Shown in pieces: positions 10,101 to 19,320 of a DNA stretch of 32,000 nt (its first letter is position 1; every line of letters starts with the position of its first letter). The position numbers and the translations under genes are program-made. The notes below the pieces were generated by a model. The model was not told where the DNA came from, searched no databases, and worked only from the letters and a program-made list of their open reading frames with translations. This stretch comes from Wallemia ichthyophaga EXF-994 (lineage: Eukaryota > Fungi > Basidiomycota): positions 120,001 to 152,000 of the forward strand of contig NW_008806283.1 in NCBI RefSeq assembly GCF_000400465.1, given 5' to 3'.

Positions 10101-13100
10101 AATGTCACCACTGCCCCTTCTCCTAAACGGAAGTACTCTGATTGCGTCAGCTAAGCCACCGAGCTCCTTTTGGATAGCATTAAGGATATCGTCAGTATTG
10201 TTAGTCCTACCCGATTCTCTGGCTAGCAACGCATTGAATAGCTTCTGGAGCTCAGACGTGAGGAAATTTTTATCCAACTCTCCGTGAACCATATCTTGAG
10301 TGATAGTTTTCGCATCACTGCTTCTATCTAATGGGATTGAGGTACCCTCGGATGATTCTGAAATAATCGTCGGCGCCAAAAACTTCGAATCGATCGTTGA
10401 GGAGCGCGACACAGTTGATACAGTCGTTGGAGCTTTCCTGCTAACCAAAGACGACACTCTTGACGGAGGCCACACCGATTCAGGTGAAGCTGTGCGCGAT
10501 GGAGCTAACAAATCCATGTCAAAGTCGTCTTCCTCGTCCTCAAACTCTCCACTCTCACTAGCAGCGTCAACACCAGCGCTCTGCTCGGGTGGAGGTACAT
10601 CTGAGCGTGCCTTGAACGAGCTCTTCTGAGACCTGCTTCTGGAGGGCTTCGTTGATGATTTCTTGGAAGACGACACGGATGGAGTTTTTCTTTCAGTTGT
10701 GTTGGGTTCAGTGGTGTTGGTTGGGATATGAGCTGATGCTGATGGGGAGCTGCTCGTGTGAGGCGAAGGTTGAGTTGTCGGTGGTGCTTGTGTAGCTGTA
10801 CTCGTCACGACAGGGGTGTTGGAACTAGGTGAGTTAGTTTGAGCAGTGTGGTACTCTGTCGACATAGTTTTTTCTTTGCTCTGAATTTTTGAGGAACGGT
10901 TAGATGAAGCGTTGCTGACCACCTTTTTCATTCCACTTCGTCTGCTCAAAGGCAGACTCCTCTCAGTTGGAGTGCTGTTTTGCTCAGGTGTGCCACTCTT
11001 GCTCTTGCTGATCAATTCGGTCAAAGCATCTTTCAATTCCTGATCCTCAGAACTGTCACCTAGCGCATCAACTAACTGAGCTAGAGACTTATGCGATGTG
11101 GACAGTCTCTCAGCTCTCTTCACCGTCGAAGGATTGGATGACTTTCTCGACAACGACCTTAGCAGCTCATTGGTGCTTGCGCCATTTTCTGCAGTTTCTC
11201 TTGTATCAATTTGGGATGGTTGCTGGGATTGAGAGGGGTAGGAAGAAGGGAGGGAGCGCATTAAGTCAGTGGTGTTTTGAGCGTGGGTGTCTTGAGGGTC
11301 TTGAGTGTGATAAGTATCATGCGTACTCTGTGCACCCATTTCAGGAGTATTTTGAATAGATATTGCAGAATGAGTGCGAGAATGGGATCTAGATTTCCCT
11401 GAATGGTTTGACTTGGGTGTTGTTGCAGTTTCGGGTTGCTGAGGAGAGGGTGTATCCTGATTCTCTCGCTCAATCTCAGTCTCCACAAGCTCTTTCTCCT
11501 TCTCCTTTTCTAACTCCTCCACCTTCTCCACCTTTTGAGGCACACTATTTGCCGACTTTGTCTTTGAATCTAATCCTGATCCTGAACCTAATCCTGAAGC
11601 TGAAGCTGATTGAGTCTCGACATCCTCCTCATCGGCATCTTCAGCCAGCTGACCGAGCTTGGGCGACCTGAGCATTCTCTCTGTGCTAGCGCCAATGCTC
11701 TTAGCGTCGCTCTTCTTCGATGCGGACAGGATAGTTGAAGTTGAGCTAGACGACGATCCACCACTACCGCCTCCGCTCCCACTCGCGCTGTCATCAGATG
11801 ACCTTCCCGACATTTTCCTGCGCCCGCCTCTTCTGTGTGCCCTAACGGACACAGACGGAGGGAAAATGATATCGTCAGCCTCGCTGTCATTTGCACTTCC
11901 GTCTCGAGTGTCTCGCGTGTCTCGCGAGTCCCACGTATCTGAAAGGATGCCCAATCCGCGCACAGTGTCTGAGGTGGACGTACCGGCGACCAACCCAATA
12001 GACGAATCATCAAGACTCTCCCTCTTCTTTTTCGACGTCGACGACCTGCCTCTACTTCTGCTCTTCTGGATGCTGCTGTTCGACTGCTGTTCTGAGTCGC
12101 TAGCTGTAGGTTCAGGAGCGCCAAAATCCTCAGACCTGACGTTAAAAGCGGACACCGAGCCAGCGTTGGAATTGGATGGTGATACCGGTCTCCTGACTAT
12201 AGGTGTGCCAGTGAGGGTGGTTTGACCGGGCAAGAGGGGCGAGTTTCTCGATGTGGCAGATGTGGCGGACGAAGCAGATGTCGAGGCAATCGAAGGCGCT
12301 CTAACAAGCATCCTGGTCTGGGGAGTCTGTATGGGTCTGATGACATCCCAGAATGCACCGACCCATTGTACACGCTCACGGGCGCTATCTGTAGCCAACC
12401 TCTCCCAGCCATCTTGATAGACGAGAACGAAGGGATTAAGGACACCCTCTAAACCACCCTGCTCGCGTGCGGCCACTAAACCGAGATCCAACTTGTGCGA
12501 TGCGGGGTTAGAAGGACTTGCGACGGAGCGGACTTCTGAGCAATGGTTGAGGTCAAGGGTGACAATCTGACGCTGTAGTCTAAAGCTGGACAAGTCAGGT
12601 GATGGTAGGAATGAAAGTTTGAGGGTCGTTGGTAGAAGCGCGGCTCTAGCACGTACCCATCGATAGGGAGTGCCGTCGTGTACGTGAAGATACCAGAGAG
12701 TGCCAGCACGAGCAATCTAGAGAGGAGATTTAGAATGTCTCAGGTAAAATTAAAATGAAAGAGAAAAAGCAAAACTTACCTGTTCAGTGATATCATCGAA
12801 GCTGGACAAGTCTATTGGAGAAGTGGGGCGCTGGGAGGTCATAGGAGTTTTATGTGAGGAAAGAGGGGTGGAGAAATCCGTTGGGGTCGACGAGCTGATC
12901 AAAGTTTCCCAGCCGTCGGTGAGACTTTCGTGGTGGGTGGGTGAGGGTAAAGATGGTAGAGAAGGCTGAATCTGAGTCTGTTTGCGTGGACGTGGTTTAT
13001 TATCGTCCTTGTTTCTGTTGAGGTTGATGGGGCGCTTTGTTTGAATGACTTTGCTGATTGGAGGAGAGGTGCTATGCTCAGGTCTCTGCTGAGGTCTCTG

Positions 13101-13685
13101 CTCAGATTTCTGCTCAGATTTCTGCTCAGATTTCTGCTCAGGCTTCTGCTCCTCCTTCTCCTTGCCGCTTTCGAAAAAGGCAATGAGGTTACCAGCCCTG
13201 CTGCTAATTTCAGAGTTGGCAGAGTTGGAAGCAGAATTGCTCCTTGAGTGGGAAGACTGCTGATCGAAAGTGATGAAGGGGGAATCACTGAACGCTGGTG
13301 TATCGAGCCGTGCCGAGTACTGCGAGGGGATCGACGGGATAGAGCTAGGCTGACCAGATGAGCGAACAGAAGCACTTCTAGAGGCGCTCGATATGGTTGG
13401 GATGTGCTGCGAGCTCGATGGTGGCTGTGAATTGCCGTCTCTACTCGATGGCGATGGAGAACTGAGCGTTTCAGCGTCGTCGATTGATTTGATATCGGGG
13501 GTAAAGCGGGGTAGATCGTCATTAGCGGATGAAGCTCTGCTCCTGTTACTCCCAGCCCCAGTACGGCTATGGCTGTGGCTATGGCTGTGACTGTTGCTCT
13601 GACTCGACGTTGTCGCCGGCTCAGACTCCTCGCCAATCACAGACAAGACGTGGGGAACGTACGGCTGTGATGACTGGCTCGACAT
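4126..13685 (-). CDS. Giant (~3,060-3,090 aa) mostly disordered protein: PH-like domain near the N-terminus, internal repeat arrays, C-terminal coiled coil
   Basis: Phase-compatible introns join the track ORFs: 12779-12717 (63 bp), 9778-9732 (47), 8642-8594 (49), 8505-8455 (51), 6791-6747 (45), and in-frame 4905-4858 (48). One junction near 8092-8017 is unresolved. The spliced PH-like segment reads IARAGTLWYLHVHDGTPYRWVRARAALLP..VTLDLNHCSEVRS..PFVLVYQDGWERLATDSARERVQWVGAFWDV. Helical patches: LGALNNWLEREV and DEFKKQLLPEVRGLVKEIGDLREQKRGLQHEISELF. Confidence 0.8.
5190..6680 (-). repeat. Four-copy imperfect coding repeat (113-154 aa period) with a Gly/Lys-rich polybasic core
   Basis: The anchor motif GGKGGK..KGKK..(M/I)G(N/K)(V/I)G(S/T)EP occurs at 6543, 6081, 5742 and 5367 (spacings 462, 339 and 375 bp). 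P(V/M)(F/L)GSPA appears 4 times and variants of GPSPAGSTRALGD 5 times. Confidence 0.9.
7770..7965 (-). repeat. Three-copy coding repeat GA(S/V)LPD(E/D)G..RS..G(K/R)P(Q/E)G
   Basis: Plus-strand CATCAGGAAG-containing units at 7809, 7872 and 7947. Confidence 0.8.
8107..8200 (-). repeat. Three-copy 30-bp coding tandem repeat DPSG(G/E)SRGM
   Basis: Translation DPSGGSRGMP-DPSGESRGMA-DPSGGSRGMG; ATACCACGAGA-like units on the plus strand. Confidence 0.85.
13075..13152 (-). repeat. 12-bp coding minisatellite, about 6 copies (EQKP/EQKS/EQRP)
   Basis: CTGCTCAGATTT x3 perfect, plus flanking variants. Confidence 0.9.
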
Positions 13686-13918
13686 TAGCTCTCTTTATGC
13701 CCGCGTCAGCTGTTATCGACATATAAAAACTCCACTCACAGCTGCTCAAGCACTGCAGCCTCCTCTGGCCGTAGATCTTCATCTTGATCTACTGACATTG
13801 TCTTTCTTTTTTGTTTCTTTTTTTTCCTCGTGGTTGTCGTTATGCAACCGTAAATGCCGTGATGATCAGGCATCTTTTTAAATATCTAAATTCGTAATTA
13901 AATCAATTGACACTATAT

Positions 13919-14113
13919 TCACGCGTTTCTACATCTAGATCCCCTTTTGGCCCCTCCTCATCACGCGTTTTCCCTTCCGCCCCTGTTCACTCACCTTCTA
14001 CTCCACTTTAGGTTCAAAAATTTTCGGAAAAGTTTTGTGTGGGGTGCGGAATATATTTGTGTGGAACATGTTTCAAAGGTGTGCTGTGCAAGACATGCTT
14101 ATTTTTCGCGTTT
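13919..14113 (-). promoter_or_regulatory. Candidate MCB/SCB-like cell-cycle boxes upstream of the giant gene
   Basis: TCACGCGTTT at 13919-13928 and 13961-13970; TTTCGCGTTT (minus strand AAACGCGAAA) at 14104-14113. All lie in a ~540-bp intergenic region, long for this window. Confidence 0.4.
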
Positions 14114-14226
14114 AAATACCTTTAAATCAACTTTAAGTGCGTTTGTGACGTGACTTTATGCACGGTAATGCACGGTGGCGTGAGTTAATGTGATACCATG
14201 TGATTTAAAAGCCTATAGAGTGTATA

Positions 14227-16289
14227 TCATCTGCAATATGTCAAACTTGTACACACGAATATTTTACTTAAGATTATTTTGTTGAGTTGCTGATCAAACA
14301 ACGGTACATTTCTATAACCTAAGAAGGGAAGTGTAATAGTTAGCAGCGTCACAACCACACACACTCCACAAACCCACCTAATTGCATCTGTGCGAGTGTA
14401 ATGGCGTAGCTAGCCACAGCCTCCTCATGCTGACTGCTAAGCACATCAAACTTGACGACGACAAGGTCTATCATGTTCCCTCTAACATTAACGTCGAAAC
14501 TGAGTGTTTCATTCCATGTAGGGTTTCCTTCCACCTGCCCATGCGATTGCAAATTTGCCGTGCTGGTGAAGCGTTTAAGACAAGTGTCATTATTGAAGGA
14601 ACGCGGTGTGTGCACCTCTACCGCCACTTTATTCACATTCTTCGACACTTGCTGCGCGCATATCACCTTAATGGAAAGACGCACCAGCCCCTTCAATTCC
14701 ACCATCCTCTTCTCCTCCTTGTTGCGCAAAGGTGATGGTTTCAACACATACCCGCCTGTATCATTGAACAAGGCGAAATTCAACCACATGGCCAAGTCCA
14801 CCGTCTGGTAATTGAGCGCTAACAGTTGCGATCCTACCGCCCAATAATCTAATACATCAAAATTAGTACTCTTCACTCTTGCTCCGTGTGGGTATATCCT
14901 TGTGAGATGATTGCGGTTGTGCTTCATAAACTCCCCACTACTCGCGTTTATCAGCTTCCGCGCTGATCTGTCAGACAAACTGAACATATGCTCTATTTCG
15001 TAATGCTCTTTCTTGTTGAAGCCTCGAAACTTTACACCCACTGTGTAGATTAGCAGATCGAGTAATTTCTGTGACATTTTAGTGTTATTTGTGTTAACTG
15101 CGTTATCCGTGTTATTCGTGCTCGTCGTCGAGTTGAGATTCCCAAATGAGTCGACAAGTGTGGGCGAGGTGGATGCAGTTGAAGATCTGTCAGATGAAGA
15201 TGCAGTGCTTCTTCGTCGTGTGACTTTCTGTATAAAGTTGCTCAACTTGCTCTTTTCAATGTCAGAGCTTGATGAGTGGGAGTGAGAGTGGGAGTAATCG
15301 GATGAGTTTGAGTTAAGTGCAACGTCAAAGCCATCCACCTTACTTGCCGCACTACTCCCACTTGCACTGGTTATGTGCAGGTTTTTAGTCTTGAATAGAA
15401 TCTTGTAGCGTAGTTGGTGTGGAGACGGTAGAATGTCTCTATCGTGTTGTAGCCTCTGAGTGATTAGCAAGTCACCGAGAATATCCACAAACAACCCAGC
15501 CATTCTATCTTGCTGTGCTAGATCACAGTGGTTCTCCACAGATAAAATCAAAGGCAGATTAGAAGAAATAAAGGCGAAAGTGTTGATTGTGGTGAGTATG
15601 TCGATTAGGGGGATGGGTTGGGTGAGAGTATGGCCGTGGTAGACAATAGGCCAACCATCGTCACCATTCCAAACGTCAATTTCTACACTTCTACAGCCCA
15701 GTAAGAGTGAGCGTATGTAGCCGATAGTGGTGGAAGAGCCAGCAAGTTGATTACCAAAGAGGTATGTGTTATGGGAAGCGCTAATGTAATAATTATAGAG
15801 TGGTTCATTTTCTGTGGTATTTTGTGGTTTTTGCAATGAATTCTCATTGGATTGAAGGTATCGATTGAATTGGAGTGTATTGAGTTGTGAAGGGGTGGAA
15901 TTGCATACGAAATCTTGCTGAGTGTGTTTTACAAACTCCTTGAAGTCATTTGGAGTGGATATTGGCAGGTAAGATGTATTATGAGTGCTGGTGCTGCTGC
16001 TAGAGTGTTTATCACCGGTAAACTCGCTGTGAAGGAGAATGAGATGCTTTATAAATGATTGATTCCCCCCTTGTAAATCAAACAAATCTAACTTTTTAAA
16101 TTTATTTGTCTTTGAGCTATTAAAGTAGATTGATAGGTGTGATCCATTTGAGTCGATGTAGACAATATCACTGAGTGGAATCAAACCCTCTTTCTTTGAA
16201 TTATATAGCAATCTCCGATCAGACAGTACAAATTCCTTTAATTTCACTTTTTTATTCGTTATTTTCATTAATTTCGCTTTGGAATCCAT
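14227..16289 (-). CDS. PLC1: Phosphoinositide-specific phospholipase C (PH, X, Y, C2; ~667 aa)
   Basis: X-box YYISASHNTYL..GCRSVEIDVW..VYHGHTLT..LSVENHC; Y-box RIYPHGARVKSTNF..GSQLLALNYQT; C2 domain. Last intron 14377-14319 (GTGGGT..TTAG) gives the typical tail GYRNVPLFDQ. First ATG is at 16289. Confidence 0.95.
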
Positions 16290-16308
16290 AGCTCTGGTGG
16301 CTTGGGAA

Positions 16309-16654
16309 ATGGCTTCGACATCAGAGAACAAGATATCCAATTTGGTGGGTTTTCATGGGTTATAATAATGAATAAGCTAATGGCCTTGATAGACAGACAA
16401 ATGCGTCGCTAACTTTGCAGTCAAAGCAGCAGCTGGATTGGGTGTTGGCGTGCTCACATCAGCCATCATATTCAAGAGAAGAACGTGGCCAATTACGTTG
16501 TTTACCGGATTCGGTGCTGGATATGCATACTCAGACTGCAACAGGTTGTTTAATCCATTGGCAGGTGGGTGAAATGTGTTTCTGATTTACAAACTAAAAT
16601 TGCACAGTACCCGGTTTAAAGATACAACAGCCAGATCAAGCTGATCAAAAATAG
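16309..16654 (+). CDS. MIC10: MICOS complex subunit Mic10 (84 aa)
   Basis: Not in the ORF track. Exons 16309-16344, 16393-16564 and 16608-16654. Protein: MASTSENKISNL-TDKCVANFAVKAAAGLGVGVLTSAIIFKRRTWPITLFTGFGAGYAYSDCNRLFNPLAVPGLK. It shows the GxGxG motifs in both TM segments and the KRR loop characteristic of Mic10. Confidence 0.92.
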
Positions 16655-16691
16655 AATAATTTGTAGCGTTGATTGATTTCGATTTCTCTTG

Positions 16692-16952
16692 ATGGAGGAC
16701 TACGATTTTGACAGTGATAATGAGTTTAAAGCTGGTTTGAGGCGTTTGGGGGATAATCCATCTGATGAGGTGGTTCAACAGGCTAAACAGTTTTACTACG
16801 CCAGACTCACACCTAGCTTGAACAGCGTGGTTGAGGCGATTAACACTGGTAAATCTCTTTCACTACCGCACACAAGCACAATTCCGAGCACGGTCGTGGC
16901 AGACCAACCATCATCATCCTCTACGCAGCAGCCAAAGAAGCCGTGGGATTGA
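16692..16952 (+). CDS. PEX39: Pex39/DUF5572-like small protein (86 aa)
   Basis: N-terminal YDFDSDNEFKAGL..AKQFYY, SLNSVVEAINTGK..IPSTV and C-terminal PKKPWD resemble the DUF5572 family with its (R/K)PWE motif. Recognised from memory. Confidence 0.6.
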   Translation: MEDYDFDSDNEFKAGLRRLGDNPSDEVVQQAKQFYYARLTPSLNSVVEAINTGKSLSLPHTSTIPSTVVADQPSSSSTQQPKKPWD

Positions 16953-17003
16953 GGTGTCGTTTCTGGTTCTTATGTCCAATGTCTCATCTATCAAATACTT
17001 CAC

Positions 17004-18377
17004 TCAGTCGAGTCTTCTCTTATAAACCTCCAAATCAACGCCATGACTCGCAAGCAATCCCAATAAATGTCCCTGGGAGTCGATACTCTCACCGCTGTAC
17101 TTGATTCGCTCATGGATAATCCTCACCATAGCCTCATACTTAGCATCCTCCACCTGCCAATTAGGATGTTTAACTTGGACAGGCTGAGTGATTTCCACCG
17201 CTCTCTTGAGGAATACCTGACTGTTATTGATTAGTGTGGTATAGTTTACATTCCCGCTGCCAACGAGCAGAGCTCTCAGTGTCGACGCACCCGCGACAGC
17301 CATAAGGATCTTAATTTGGTTAGCGAGTGACTGAGGATCGATACTGCCGATGGATTTAAGTGCTATTTCCATCTCGAGTGCTGCCTTGAAGAGGGACTGC
17401 GCCTCACATAGCAATTCCCAGCTGGAGACGCCTGAGACGCCACTCTTAGCCACTTCTACCAACACCTCTGCCAGCTCGCAGTGTGCTTCTACTGCCCCGC
17501 TATCTCTTCTCCCGCTGCGCAACTCGAGCACGTGTCTAAACTCAGCCACTATTGTTTGAGCCTGTGATTGAAATTGCGGTTGTGGTTGTGATTGCGATTG
17601 TATTTGCATCTGCAACTCTCCTAGGTGTATTTTGGCCTGTAGGAGGAGAAGCGTGTCTGTCTCCTTGAACTGCTCATCGACTGCGTTGTTGAGGGTGAGT
17701 GCCTCGTTGAGGGCCATCTGCGCGTGTGCCAGAGTGTGATCAGTGTTTGTGCTAGTGCCATCATCGACATCGACCACATCCTGCAATTTGAGCAGCACAT
17801 CAACGAGAATTTTGATATTCTGCACGATTTGATAGGGTGGGAGGGAGAGTGAGAGTGAGGCGCCGCCGCCAACATCCATAGCAGCAGCAGCAGCATAACC
17901 ACCACTGTCCGCACCCACAAAAGACTTCTGTTCTGCCACTAAACCGCGCAACAAATCGACGCAATGGGAGAAGGCATCAGCAGCGTCACGATCCGCCCCC
18001 AAATCAGCATGCAGTTCACCAACAGATACAGCAGACTGAATTGCGTTGTAGAGAGCGTCAAACCTGCCGATTTGGTTGGGTGGGTTGAATCGACCAGCGA
18101 CCTCCGCCGCGCTGATGAACAAACGATACGCCTCTTGCAGATAGACAAACGCGTCCGGAGGATGCTTATAGCCGCCACCAATCTCTAGACGTAGGCGAGC
18201 AGAGTTGTAGAGTGCGTCGTAGTGACTGCCCTGCTCACTCTCAAGTACCGCCGCATAGAGCGACAAGGCCTTCTCGTATCTCGCAACAACTTTCACGTCG
18301 TATCCCAATCTCTCAGCCTTATCTTCAATGTCCACCGCTTCGTCGTAGATTTCTTCTATGTCTGTGTGTTTGGGCAT
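17004..18377 (-). CDS. TPR-like alpha-helical protein (457 aa), possibly UPF0656-like
   Basis: Long clean ORF. Repeated helical units such as YEKALSLY..YDALYNSARL and FDALYNAIQS. Family assignment is tentative. Confidence 0.7.
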   Translation of the reverse strand: MPKHTDIEEIYDEAVDIEDKAERLGYDVKVVARYEKALSLYAAVLESEQGSHYDALYNSARLRLEIGGGYKHPPDAFVYLQEAYRLFISAAEVAGRFNPPNQIGRFDALYNAIQSAVSVGELHADLGADRDAADAFSHCVDLLRGLVAEQKSFVGADSGGYAAAAAMDVGGGASLSLSLPPYQIVQNIKILVDVLLKLQDVVDVDDGTSTNTDHTLAHAQMALNEALTLNNAVDEQFKETDTLLLLQAKIHLGELQMQIQSQSQPQPQFQSQAQTIVAEFRHVLELRSGRRDSGAVEAHCELAEVLVEVAKSGVSGVSSWELLCEAQSLFKAALEMEIALKSIGSIDPQSLANQIKILMAVAGASTLRALLVGSGNVNYTTLINNSQVFLKRAVEITQPVQVKHPNWQVEDAKYEAMVRIIHERIKYSGESIDSQGHLLGLLASHGVDLEVYKRRLD

Positions 18378-18497
18378 ATGCGTGGGTGTGGTGGTGTAAG
18401 AATTGCTGATCGATTCAGATATCTATATCACTGTAGGGTATTTGGTTTCAATCTCACTTGCATTTCAATTCAAACTTCCTTTTCCGTCTTGTCGCTT

Positions 18498-18956
18498 ATG
18501 TGCACCCATTTCACCTACAAAATCAGTAGCAATGGCTACACACGCAAGCAGACACAGACACAGAAACTGGGCTACGAGGAGATATTGCAGGTATCTGCGC
18601 AACTCCACTCCATTCCACTCAAATGCATAGCCAGCCTGGGTTGGAGAGATAGCGACGGTGACGAAATAACGTTCAATTCAGACTTGGAGTTGGAGTGCGT
18701 GTATCAAGAGCAGGGGAGGAGTATTTCGGTGTGGGTAAACACAAATACCCAAGTAGCTTCTTTGGAATCCCCGGTATACGCCCAGCACGTTTCCTTGGCG
18801 GGAATTAGTGGGGAGAAGACGGAAATGAAGAATGAGTTGAATAAGCTGAGGGAGACATTGACAGCCCCGCCTCCACCTACGAGCACACGTCCCAACGCTG
18901 TTTACAGGGCACAGCAAGTGCTTTTACCCATACAAGGACCACCTGGAGAAGGATAA
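18498..18956 (+). CDS. Small PB1-domain protein (152 aa)
   Basis: Acidic OPCA motif LGWRDSDGDEITFNSDLELE, preceded by a basic beta strand (FTYKISSNGYTRK). First ATG in this frame downstream of the TPR-like gene start. Confidence 0.7.
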   Translation: MCTHFTYKISSNGYTRKQTQTQKLGYEEILQVSAQLHSIPLKCIASLGWRDSDGDEITFNSDLELECVYQEQGRSISVWVNTNTQVASLESPVYAQHVSLAGISGEKTEMKNELNKLRETLTAPPPPTSTRPNAVYRAQQVLLPIQGPPGEG

Positions 18957-19045
18957 TTATAAAAATACTCATATTCATTCCAATTGCTGTTGTATTTCGA
19001 ATATTCATGTATTTTGCTTCGTTACACCTCTCAAACACTCCAAAC

Positions 19046-19285
19046 ATGCGAGAAAAGAGACAAGAGAAATCCAACACACAAACCACGGAAGAAATCTGCA
19101 GAGACGTCGTTCGACACCTATCAACAGCTCAAATACCCATCAAACCGCTTCCAAGCGTGGAGGAGGTGTTGCGCGAGTCTCATTTGGCCTTCGTTCGTGG
19201 AGAGGGGGTTAGCAACGTGATCGAAAGACTCAAAGGTGCTAGGCTAACTGCTGCCAGACTACCCGGTGCCTGGGTGGAGTTGTAA
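19046..19285 (+). CDS. Small hypothetical protein (79 aa)
   Basis: caaacATG context after an AT/C-rich leader. MREKRQEKS..ICRDVVRHLS..LPSVEEVLRE..ARLPGAWVEL*. No family recognised. Confidence 0.5.
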   Translation: MREKRQEKSNTQTTEEICRDVVRHLSTAQIPIKPLPSVEEVLRESHLAFVRGEGVSNVIERLKGARLTAARLPGAWVEL

Positions 19286-19320
19286 GCATCTTTGTGTTTA
19301 CACCTTCAACACCCTCCATC

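Noticed and set aside
9771-12593. Many overlapping 60-190 aa ORFs on both strands within the Ser-rich exon (and similarly within RhoGEF, PGS1, ALE1 and the TPR-like gene)
   Set aside because: Expected by-products of GC-balanced low-complexity coding sequence. None has a domain or start context.
13075-13152. Short direct repeats superficially like a CRISPR or iteron array
   Set aside because: Contiguous 12-bp in-frame coding units without spacers, in a eukaryotic exon.
13947-14153. 68-aa plus ORF in the long intergenic region
   Set aside because: TTG start, no splice support and no recognisable motif. Better explained as promoter DNA.
16290-16340. TTG-initiated N-terminal extension of PLC1 given by the ORF track
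   Set aside because: Non-ATG start that overlaps MIC10 exon 1 on the other strand. ATG 16289 is preferred.
18222-18497. Upstream part of the 244-aa plus ORF 18222-18956
   Set aside because: It overlaps the TPR-like gene antisense and starts at a non-ATG codon. The PB1 domain begins right after ATG 18498.
18900-19110. Splice fusion of the PB1 ORF with the 79-aa ORF
   Set aside because: There is no AG between about 18951 and 19050 and no good donor. Any intron would exceed 130 bp, far outside the local size range.
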